Assembly: GCA_022573815.1 (NCBI GenBank)
Contig: JACZTG010000006.1
Coordinates: forward strand, 62,119-126,118
Length of the DNA: 64,000 nucleotides
Source of the DNA: Fidelibacterota bacterium
Lineage (GTDB): Bacteria > Fidelibacterota > SORT01
Reading direction: 5' to 3'
The notes beneath the pieces are model-generated. The model did no database searches. It had not been told where the DNA came from and worked only from the letters and a program-made list of their open reading frames with translations. Both the position numbers and the translations under genes were made by a program. Below are positions 16,599 to 24,480 of this stretch, in pieces; the first letter of the stretch is position 1; each line of letters starts with the position of its first letter.

Positions 16599-19010
16599 CT
16601 AATTATCTGATTTTTTAACTATTTCCTCTTCGGTAATCGGCGTTTCTATGTATAGAAACGGTGATTTAGCTAATTCTATTACTTTTTCCTCAGGATATTT
16701 ATCGCCGTCCTCATTATACAATATTTTCAGTTTTGGACGCATTGGATGAGAGCCGTCAAGACCTATTACCTGACCGATTTCACCATTATTCAATCTCACA
16801 AGCGATTCCAAAGGAAAGACAGATATTTCCCGGACTAACGCTCTGAGAAATTTGACATCAAAGTACGTGTCTTTGAGAGCTACCACCTTTTGGAGCGCTT
16901 CATACGCAAGGTATTCATCTCTATACGTAGAGGGATGAGACACCGCCTCATACATATCTATGATAGAAATTATCTTGGCGTAATCGTGTATCTCGTCTTT
17001 CGCTGTTCCGTTAGGATAGCCTGTCCCGTCATACCTTTCATGTTCCTGCAACACTACTGAAGGCAAAAAGTTGAATTGTGTTAACTCCGGATTAGATTGC
17101 AATGCTTTTGCAATGTACTCGCTTCCGATGCTCGGGTGTGTTCTGAGTGTTGCGAACTCTTCATCGGAAAGTTTGCTTTTGGCATGCCTTATTCCTTCAG
17201 GCAAAAGCAGCATTCCCACATCATGCAGGAGCGCTGAAACAGCTAACTCGGTAAGTAATTTATTTTCATAATTTAAACCTGTAGCCAACTTGACCGAAAA
17301 GATTGCTACATTTATGGAATGGACCGGGAAATCATGAGCTTCCCGTCTTCCTATCGCTTTAATATGAAGATAATTCGATTGCTGCACTGAACTGACAATA
17401 TTCCTTGCATCAGAAATCAATTTATCAAAACCGATAGCGCCGCCTTCGGTAACTCCGGTCTCAAATTCTTTCAAATCGGAAATAGTCGTATTATATACTT
17501 CCTTATCATCCACTCTCGCCTCATAATCATATCCAGCCAATGCCGCCTCATTCACATCCACCTGGAGTGCGTCTGCTTCAGATGGAATAGGAGGTGCGAC
17601 CTGAGGTTGAGTTTGAATCGGAACGGGAGGAGGAATAACAGGCGGAGCTTGCACAGGCTGTTGGTCAGCCGGAATAAGCGTACCGGTTTCGATTGCCTGT
17701 TGATGCGTTACCGGCTGTTGAGGCAGCGGCTGCGCTGTTTGCTGAGGTTGAGCCTGAGGTGGAATATCAGCAGGATTCGGCGGCGTGACAGTTTCAGCAG
17801 GAGCGACAGGTTGAGCCGGCAGTGGCGATACCGGCGGAGGCTGAATATTAGCGCTTTGCACCGTGCTATCTGTTTCTACAGGAGGAATAGGTGGAGCAGG
17901 AGTCTCCATTTGAGTAGCGGCTTGCCGCCGCGTGTTCTCCTGAGCCACTTTGCTATCCGTGCTGCTTCCGAATATATCATTGATCATGGATTCTGTGCCG
18001 GGGTCGTTAACGGCGTTCGGAACAGGAGCTTCTGTTTCAGGTTCGATAACGGGAGGAGATAAATTGCTTTGACTATCGTCCAAAGGAAGAGGTTCAGGCA
18101 AAGCGGGCGCACTATGTTCATCTACTTCTAAGGTGCTGACAGCAGCTGCTTCTTCCCCGGAGGGAGATTCGGGTTTTTCATCAATAGGAGGTGCCGCGTT
18201 GTCCTGGATTTGTGAAGATTCTTGAACAGCGAACGGATTCGCTTCCTCCACGATGGCGGATCGGGGTTGCCCGGGCTGAGCTTCTTCCAAAGCCGGTTTA
18301 TCTTCCGGGAAAGAAGTATCCGTCTCTGCTGAACTCAAATCATCAACTGGATTTAGCTCCTCCATTATAATAGATTCTGACTGTTCGGTCACTGTTTCCT
18401 CTTGGGAATCGGGTGTTTCAGTAGGCGCCTCTTCAGCGTCTCCCAAGCCCAATTCATCAACAGGTATAGATTGAGCTCCCGCCCCGATCACCGTTTCCTC
18501 ACGGTCATCTACTTCTTCAAACTCATTTAAATCTGAATTATCCTCATTTTCCGGTTCAATCTTGGTTCTCGCTAATAGCGCCATCACTCTGCTTCTTAAG
18601 TCCGATGGATTGATGGGCAGAGTAATGTAATCATCAGCGCCGGTTTCCATCCCCATCACCTTATCGGGACCGTCAGATGAATTACTTATGAGAAGTACCG
18701 GTACATCTCCGAGAGTTGCATCTTCTTTTATCCTGCGTGCCAGGCTCAGCCCGTTCATTATCGGCAGATCAATCTCTGAAATAACCAATACCGCCGATCT
18801 TTTGTTGAGAAATTCATCCGCAGCTTCGCCGGATGTGACAAAAATAAGTTCTAAACCGATACTTTCTAAAGACTGCTCAATCGTACTTTGGATCTGAGAA
18901 TCCCCTACCACAGCCAATATACCTTTAGCTTCCGCTACAATGTTTTGTTTTTCTTTCGTTGCCGATGGGGCGCTGCTTGAAGAACGGAATAAATCTATTG
19001 ACCTCATCAT
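16599..19010 (-). CDS. response regulator with an HD-GYP c-di-GMP phosphodiesterase domain and a long disordered linker
   Basis: 803 aa. REC domain (VLVISEIDLPIMNG), then about 340 aa of acidic followed by Pro/Gln-rich low complexity, then HD-GYP (LLHDVGM ... HERYDGTGYPNG). Confidence 0.85.
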   Translation of the reverse strand: MMRSIDLFRSSSSAPSATKEKQNIVAEAKGILAVVGDSQIQSTIEQSLESIGLELIFVTSGEAADEFLNKRSAVLVISEIDLPIMNGLSLARRIKEDATLGDVPVLLISNSSDGPDKVMGMETGADDYITLPINPSDLRSRVMALLARTKIEPENEDNSDLNEFEEVDDREETVIGAGAQSIPVDELGLGDAEEAPTETPDSQEETVTEQSESIIMEELNPVDDLSSAETDTSFPEDKPALEEAQPGQPRSAIVEEANPFAVQESSQIQDNAAPPIDEKPESPSGEEAAAVSTLEVDEHSAPALPEPLPLDDSQSNLSPPVIEPETEAPVPNAVNDPGTESMINDIFGSSTDSKVAQENTRRQAATQMETPAPPIPPVETDSTVQSANIQPPPVSPLPAQPVAPAETVTPPNPADIPPQAQPQQTAQPLPQQPVTHQQAIETGTLIPADQQPVQAPPVIPPPVPIQTQPQVAPPIPSEADALQVDVNEAALAGYDYEARVDDKEVYNTTISDLKEFETGVTEGGAIGFDKLISDARNIVSSVQQSNYLHIKAIGRREAHDFPVHSINVAIFSVKLATGLNYENKLLTELAVSALLHDVGMLLLPEGIRHAKSKLSDEEFATLRTHPSIGSEYIAKALQSNPELTQFNFLPSVVLQEHERYDGTGYPNGTAKDEIHDYAKIISIIDMYEAVSHPSTYRDEYLAYEALQKVVALKDTYFDVKFLRALVREISVFPLESLVRLNNGEIGQVIGLDGSHPMRPKLKILYNEDGDKYPEEKVIELAKSPFLYIETPITEEEIVKKSDN

Positions 19011-19092
19011 ACTGAACCAATAGAAAAATATTTAACTCTCAATATAGCTCTCAACAATTTGCTTTTTCATACTTTTCATACCGACTTCTAAT

Positions 19093-19887
19093 CTATATTA
19101 CCATATTTATAAGTGCAGAATCAACTATTTTAATGTTTCTTCGCGCCGCTGTCATCAATGCAAGATCGCATATGCTGTTAATTTTCCGCGGAACTCCATA
19201 GGAAGCATTGAAAACAGCCTCTATCGCATCGTCATTCACAATTTTAGAATCCAGACCTGCTATGCTCAGCCTGTGTGATATATACTTCCCCGTTTCTTCC
19301 AAGTTGAATGAATGGAGATGATATTTTATCGCAAAACGTTGCTCAAATTGAGGCATCTTTGTAACTCTCTCTCTCAATTCGGGTTGACCGACAAGCAAAA
19401 TCGTAACTAAAAACCGGTCATTCAGCTGGTGATTCAGCAACAGTCTGAGTTCTTCAAAAACGTTATCATTTCTCATTAGTTGAGCTTCATCTATCATAAT
19501 TATTACTTCTCTGCCGGACTGAAATTTTCTGTAGAGAATGTCTTCAATCTGTTTGGAAAGTTCCACTCTGGATTTTTCCGACGCTTCTTCGCCGAGTTGG
19601 TAGATAATTTCAGCCAGTAACTCTTCCGGCTCGTAATTCGGGTTGTTCACCACCACGATTTCTCTGTCATCGTTCATCGTTTTTCCGGCTATGATTCTCA
19701 GCAGAGTAGTTTTTCCGCACCCATACTCGCCTGTCAGCATCGCCCCCCCTTTATTTTCCGTGACGGCGTACATCATCCGTTCGTAGCCTTCTTTATGCCC
19801 GTCTGAAAAATAGAAATATTCCGGGTCGGGTGTATTTTCGAACGGTTTTTTATTTAGCCCCCAATACTCAAGATACACGATTTTCAA
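19093..19887 (-). CDS. ExeA/GspA/MshM-like AAA ATPase
   Basis: 264 aa. YWGLNKKPFENTPDPEYFYFSDGHKEGYERM and the Walker A GEYGCGKTT are typical of ExeA-family secretion-associated ATPases. Confidence 0.75.
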   Translation of the reverse strand: MKIVYLEYWGLNKKPFENTPDPEYFYFSDGHKEGYERMMYAVTENKGGAMLTGEYGCGKTTLLRIIAGKTMNDDREIVVVNNPNYEPEELLAEIIYQLGEEASEKSRVELSKQIEDILYRKFQSGREVIIMIDEAQLMRNDNVFEELRLLLNHQLNDRFLVTILLVGQPELRERVTKMPQFEQRFAIKYHLHSFNLEETGKYISHRLSIAGLDSKIVNDDAIEAVFNASYGVPRKINSICDLALMTAARRNIKIVDSALINMVI

Positions 19888-19899
19888 TCCCCGTTTCTT

Positions 19900-20769
19900 T
19901 CATGACCTGCTTTCAACACCCCAGTTCAGCTTAGTTCTCAACGTGTCGAAAAAGGATTTATCCTTCCATTTTATAAGTTTGATGTTTTCTTCCGCTCTGC
20001 TTATACTAATTGATTGGTCGCTCTTGATTTTTACGCTCTCCTGCCCATCAATGGACAACAGCATATCGTCGGGTGAATCCTCAAAAGTGATTTGTATTTT
20101 CGAATCATACTTCAGAACCACCGCGCGTTGCGACAGGCTGTGAGGAGATATGGGAGTTATAAGCATAGTCTGCAAAGGAGGAACGATAATAGGTCCGCCG
20201 GCAGAGAGCGAATATGCCGTAGAACCTGTGGGTGTTGCTACAATTATCCCGTCAGCGGTATAGTTGTTAAAAAAAGCGCCGTCTACGGTCACCGAGAGGT
20301 TCCTCATCCGTGTGTAAAAACCTCTTTCAATTACTATATCGTTTAACGCTCTGTATTCCTTTCCCGGAGTGGCGTCTGTAGTTGCCTTCAATACCATCCG
20401 TTCCTCAACAAGGTATTCTCCATCCTGAATAAATTGAAGCCTGTCGTATATCTCTTCCACAGCTACCTCGGCAAGGAAACCTAAACCTCCAAGATTTATA
20501 CCCGCGATAAGTACGCCGCTGTTTCCTACAACTCGCGCAGCGCTTAAGATAGTGCCGTCACCGCCGAGAGCTAAGATAATATCGCAATTTTCAGGAATAG
20601 ACTCTCTTGAAGCGCTGTTTATCCCTTTTAACGCTTCACTTCCGATTTCGAGAAGATCGGATTCAACTATAACATTGTTTTCATGGCTCTCCAACCATGA
20701 AATCAGATCCGGAAGAATTTTAAGAAGTTCTTTTCGTTTCTTGGGATTGGCAATTATTCCGTAATTCAA
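19900..20769 (-). CDS. nadK: NAD kinase
   Basis: 289 aa with the GGDGT motif ([13 protein letters not shown]) and a typical NAD kinase C-terminal domain. Confidence 0.9.
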   Translation of the reverse strand: MNYGIIANPKKRKELLKILPDLISWLESHENNVIVESDLLEIGSEALKGINSASRESIPENCDIILALGGDGTILSAARVVGNSGVLIAGINLGGLGFLAEVAVEEIYDRLQFIQDGEYLVEERMVLKATTDATPGKEYRALNDIVIERGFYTRMRNLSVTVDGAFFNNYTADGIIVATPTGSTAYSLSAGGPIIVPPLQTMLITPISPHSLSQRAVVLKYDSKIQITFEDSPDDMLLSIDGQESVKIKSDQSISISRAEENIKLIKWKDKSFFDTLRTKLNWGVESRS

Positions 20770-20774
20770 CGCAT

Positions 20775-20990
20775 CTATTCCTCGGAATCATCTTCGTCAT
20801 TTAATAATTCCACTCTCTCTGCCGCATTTTTCAATACTTCCCGACAATATTTGGATAGGGTCACTCCCTCCTCGAATAACTTCATGGAATCTTCCAGTTT
20901 TGTATCGCTACTGTCAAGTTCTTTCACGATTTCAGAAAGTCTGTTGAGCGCATCCTCGAAAGATTTACTTTTAGCTATTTTATCTGACAC
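20775..20990 (-). CDS. xseB: exodeoxyribonuclease VII small subunit
   Basis: 71 aa with [35 protein letters not shown]. Overlaps the xseA stop by 11 nt. Confidence 0.85.
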   Translation of the reverse strand: MSDKIAKSKSFEDALNRLSEIVKELDSSDTKLEDSMKLFEEGVTLSKYCREVLKNAAERVELLNDEDDSEE

Positions 20991-22194
20991 CGTTCGATAC
21001 CTCCTTTACGTTCCCGATTAAATTGCCCACATGTAATTTAATATTTATCTCTTCGCCTTTTTCAACCTGGTTAAATGCTGAAATAACTTTTCCGCTTGCA
21101 ACAGAACTGACGACCGAATATCCTCTTGCCAGCACCGCATCGGGATTTAGAGCATCCAAATTATTGCTCAGACTTTCCACCCTGAGATTTAAAAGATTTA
21201 AATTATGTTCCTGCTGCATAAAAATCATATTCAAATGGTCGCTTATTTTCTTTTTTTCTTCTTCAATCATAGAATTATATCGTTCCCAGCTGAAATTTCG
21301 TTCGTATTCATCAATTTGCCGTTCGTATTCCCTAATATAGTCTGAAATCAGTTCATATACTGTTTTTGAATATTCACCTATAGCATAGAGCAGATCGTCC
21401 ATTTTGGGCGCGGCAAGTTCCGCTGCAGCCGATGGGGTAGGCGCTCGAAGATCAGCTACAAAATCCGCTATGGTATAATCAATTTCATGGCCTACTGAAC
21501 TGATTACCGGAGTATTGCAATCAAAGATGGCTCTTGCCACCACTTCCTCGTTGAACGACCATAGATCTTCGATTGAGCCTCCTCCTCTTCCTATTATTAT
21601 CAGATCCACTTCGCCTTCAGAATCCATTTTTTTCAGTGCGGTTGCTATCTCCTCAGCCGAGCCGACCCCCTGCACCCGGGTCGGTTCCAGCTTAACTGTC
21701 ACGTATGGCGCCCTGCGATTCAAGACATTGATTATATCAGATATTACCGCTCCGTCAGGAGATGTTACCACTCCGATAATGAACGGAATCTGAGGGAGAG
21801 CGGTTTTCTTATCCTCATCAAACAATCCTTCAGCGGACAATCGCGTTTTTAATTTTTCGAATTGTTGATAAAGGTCGCCCACGCCCGCAGGCTGAACCTG
21901 AGACGCAATCAGCTGGTACTTTCCCGATTTTTCATAAACCGAAATTCCGCCGTTAACGCGCACATTCATTCCTTCTTCGGGTTTAAAAAGAAGTGAAGCG
22001 GCGTTTTGTTTCCAGATAACGCAGGGAAGCTGCGCATTGGAATCTTTGAGACTAAAATAAGCGTGACCGGATGCGGCTTTTGTCCATGAGGATATTTCTC
22101 CCTCGACCCACACAGGAGGAATATTCATTTCTAAAATTGATTTAATAAGCGTAGTAACTTCAGATACCGAGTATATCTTGGTTTCTGCGCTCAT
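20980..22194 (-). CDS. xseA: exodeoxyribonuclease VII large subunit
   Basis: 404 aa. OB-fold N-terminus (YSVSEVTTLIKSILE...VWVEGEIS), catalytic core (GRGGGSIEDLWSFNEE) and a coiled-coil tail. Confidence 0.9.
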   Translation of the reverse strand: MSAETKIYSVSEVTTLIKSILEMNIPPVWVEGEISSWTKAASGHAYFSLKDSNAQLPCVIWKQNAASLLFKPEEGMNVRVNGGISVYEKSGKYQLIASQVQPAGVGDLYQQFEKLKTRLSAEGLFDEDKKTALPQIPFIIGVVTSPDGAVISDIINVLNRRAPYVTVKLEPTRVQGVGSAEEIATALKKMDSEGEVDLIIIGRGGGSIEDLWSFNEEVVARAIFDCNTPVISSVGHEIDYTIADFVADLRAPTPSAAAELAAPKMDDLLYAIGEYSKTVYELISDYIREYERQIDEYERNFSWERYNSMIEEEKKKISDHLNMIFMQQEHNLNLLNLRVESLSNNLDALNPDAVLARGYSVVSSVASGKVISAFNQVEKGEEINIKLHVGNLIGNVKEVSNGVR

Positions 22195-23069
22195 TCAGGA
22201 AGAGTAGGCTTGCCGGCTAATTCCCAGGCGGTGGCCCAATAGCGGCCGATGTCAGAAGATGATGAATTCATTTGATTCCAGCCGATTTTTCCCAGATCTG
22301 AATAAAGAACTTCCAAATAAGCCGGAATACCTTTTGCCCTATAATCATTGAGGGAATCTATCTGAACGGTCGTCAATAGCTTTCTCGCTTCTGTTTCGGA
22401 TTCAAGGATCGGAATAACAAGCTTGTAGCTGTGCAGCATAGTATCAAATGCATGGTTTAGCGGGTCATCTATTGAGGTTGCTCTCCCGAGCGCAGGCTTA
22501 TATGAAGCCATATTCGCATCTATCATTCTGCTTTCAAACTGCTTATGAACGCCAAAATTATTTGTATATTGCCCGTTATAGTTTTCCACAGAATGAAGAG
22601 GGCTATGTGCGTCCGCCACATAATGACCCAATGCTGCCGCAGTTATGCGAATCTTTTCACCATCTCCTTCCCTCATCTCATCAGCAAGTTTTCGGGTGAA
22701 TTCGGCAATACGCCATGGGAGAGTCCCGCTGATATTTACCATATCTGCGCCAAATTTTTTAACGGCTTCATCGTAATCCCTCGGTAATTCGTTAAATGGA
22801 TACGTACCGTACAAATCCATATCTATAAAATGGCGCCAAAATTCTTTTTTATCGGTAGATTTCCATTTGTCAGCATCCACCGCATGCTCGGAGATATAGA
22901 CTCTTTCCTCTTCGAAAAACGCTTTCATTCCCACAGGAAGAGTATCTATCGCGTCAGAATTTATCCTTACATGGGCTTTAAAGCCCCATCCTTGTAGGAA
23001 ATTGAATGGCATTAGAACTATAAAAGTGAAAGTGATAATCGTTATTATTTTAGCTGCCACCTTTTCCAC
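22191..23069 (-). CDS. secreted S1/P1 nuclease / zinc phospholipase C superfamily protein
   Basis: 292 aa. A signal or anchor helix is followed by GWGFKAH (the W..H zinc-ligand start of mature S1/P1 enzymes). HFIDMD, HYVADAHSPLH and GVHKQFE resemble S1/P1 metal-binding motifs. Confidence 0.5.
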   Translation of the reverse strand: MEKVAAKIITIITFTFIVLMPFNFLQGWGFKAHVRINSDAIDTLPVGMKAFFEEERVYISEHAVDADKWKSTDKKEFWRHFIDMDLYGTYPFNELPRDYDEAVKKFGADMVNISGTLPWRIAEFTRKLADEMREGDGEKIRITAAALGHYVADAHSPLHSVENYNGQYTNNFGVHKQFESRMIDANMASYKPALGRATSIDDPLNHAFDTMLHSYKLVIPILESETEARKLLTTVQIDSLNDYRAKGIPAYLEVLYSDLGKIGWNQMNSSSSDIGRYWATAWELAGKPTLPE

Positions 23070-23145
23070 CTCGCTTTCTCAGCCGATCAAATTTATCTGA
23101 GTCTAATTGTTATTTAAACTGATATATATATTTAGATGCTAAAGA

Positions 23146-23241
23146 TTAACGGTTTTTCTTCTTATGACGATTCATACGAAGCCGTTTCTTACGCTTATGA
23201 GTATTGATTTTCTTTCTTTTTCTCTTCTTACCGCATGGCAT
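23146..23241 (-). CDS. 31-aa highly basic micro-protein resembling ribosomal protein bS22 (AURKAIP1/COX24-like)
   Basis: Hand-translated: MPCGKKRKRKKINTHKRKKRLRMNRHKKKNR, then stop. AGGAGAA lies about 11 nt upstream of the ATG. It is below the ORF-track cutoff and sits upstream of the S1/P1-like gene and downstream of hup. Confidence 0.6.
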   Translation of the reverse strand: MPCGKKRKRKKINTHKRKKRLRMNRHKKKNR

Positions 23242-23273
23242 AAAGCAGGTGTTCTCCTATTTTTTTTGAATGT

Positions 23274-23567
23274 TTATTTCTCTATTTTCAAGTTCTTTGA
23301 AATCAGCTCTTTCAGCAATTTGGATGCCTTAAATACAGGCACATATCGCTCCGGAAGGTAAATTACTTCACCCGTCCCGGGATTCCTCGCTTTTTTCGGC
23401 ATCCTTTTTTTCACGCTAAAGCTTCCGAAACCCCGAAATTCAACTTTTTCACCCTCTTGCAGGGCGTTTTTAATCGTACTTAAAAAGCCTTCTATTACTG
23501 CTTCAGTTTCTACTTTTGTCAGTCCAGTTGCTTCTGCTATTACATCGACAATGTCGGCTTTTGTCAC
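23274..23567 (-). CDS. hup: HU-family nucleoid-associated DNA-binding protein
   Basis: 97 aa with MTKADIVDVIAEATGLTKVETEAVIEGFL...FRGFGSFSVKKRMPKKARNPGTGE. Confidence 0.9.
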   Translation of the reverse strand: MTKADIVDVIAEATGLTKVETEAVIEGFLSTIKNALQEGEKVEFRGFGSFSVKKRMPKKARNPGTGEVIYLPERYVPVFKASKLLKELISKNLKIEK

Positions 23568-23581
23568 TTTAATCCTCCGGG

Positions 23582-24475
23582 CTAAAAATTTACGTTCAGT
23601 TTATATTCAGGTAATGCTGTCGGTTGCAATATATCAATCAGGTTACGAGCATCTCCGAACAATAAATCAATAAGCGACGATCTCCTTTTTCTCGCTTTGA
23701 TAAGGGTAGGTTCCCCCGTCTTATTTGCGAGTTCCACTGCATAATCAATAGCGTCATCATAAGTTCCCAGAGTATCAACAAGTCCCAGCTCCTTTGCCTG
23801 TGAACCGGAATAGATTCTGCCATCGGCCAATTCACGGACTCTCTCTATGGATATCCCTCTTTCTACGGATACCGCGTTTACAAATTGAGCGTAAAGATCA
23901 TCAACCACATCCTGAAATATTTTTCTGTCATCCGGTTCAAGTTTCCGATAAGGCGAGCCGCTGTCTTTTCGCGGACCGCTTGTGATGTTCTCAAACCCTA
24001 ACCCGAGTTTCTTCATCAGCCCTTCATAATTCGGCAGACCCACAATTACTCCTATGGAACCGGTAACTGTGGCGGGACTGGACATTATCTTATTAGCTCC
24101 TAAGGCAACATAATATCCACCACTCGCTGCCATCGGCCCCATGGAGGCTACTATAATTTTACCGGAATCCCGAATTCTTCGTACTTCTTCATATATTTCC
24201 TGAGATGCCGAAACTCCTCCTCCCGGACTTGAGATTCGGAATAAAATCGCATCAATGTCATCATCCGCCGCAAACCGCTTAAACTGCTTGATTATCGGTC
24301 TTGATTCGTAGATCGGACCAATTAGTTCTACTATAGCTATTCTGGGCTTACCGGAAGATAACTCTAATTTTCCGTGTGAAAAATAGTTATAAGAAATCAG
24401 CAGCAGAAACAGAAACACGAAAAAAGCGCCTGTTAGAAGCGTTACCGTCAAAAGTTTATTTTTATTTGCTGCCAT
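23582..24475 (-). CDS. sppA: signal peptide peptidase SppA, 36K type (S49)
   Basis: 297 aa. N-terminal TM helix, ISSPGGGV, and MGPMAASGGYYVALGANKI with the catalytic Ser context. Confidence 0.85.
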   Translation of the reverse strand: MAANKNKLLTVTLLTGAFFVFLFLLLISYNYFSHGKLELSSGKPRIAIVELIGPIYESRPIIKQFKRFAADDDIDAILFRISSPGGGVSASQEIYEEVRRIRDSGKIIVASMGPMAASGGYYVALGANKIMSSPATVTGSIGVIVGLPNYEGLMKKLGLGFENITSGPRKDSGSPYRKLEPDDRKIFQDVVDDLYAQFVNAVSVERGISIERVRELADGRIYSGSQAKELGLVDTLGTYDDAIDYAVELANKTGEPTLIKARKRRSSLIDLLFGDARNLIDILQPTALPEYKLNVNF

Positions 24476-24480
24476 CTGTC

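Noticed and set aside
17607-18062. 151-aa Arg-rich plus-strand ORF
   Set aside because: It lies antisense to the Pro/Gln-rich linker of the REC-HD-GYP gene. CCN/CAG-rich codons read as Arg/Leu-rich on the opposite strand. It has no SD and its composition is an artefact.
23164-23361. 65-aa plus-strand ORF
   Set aside because: It overlaps the minus-strand bS22-like micro-ORF and the 3' end of hup. It has no SD and a hydrophobic junk composition. The opposite strand gives a far more convincing product.
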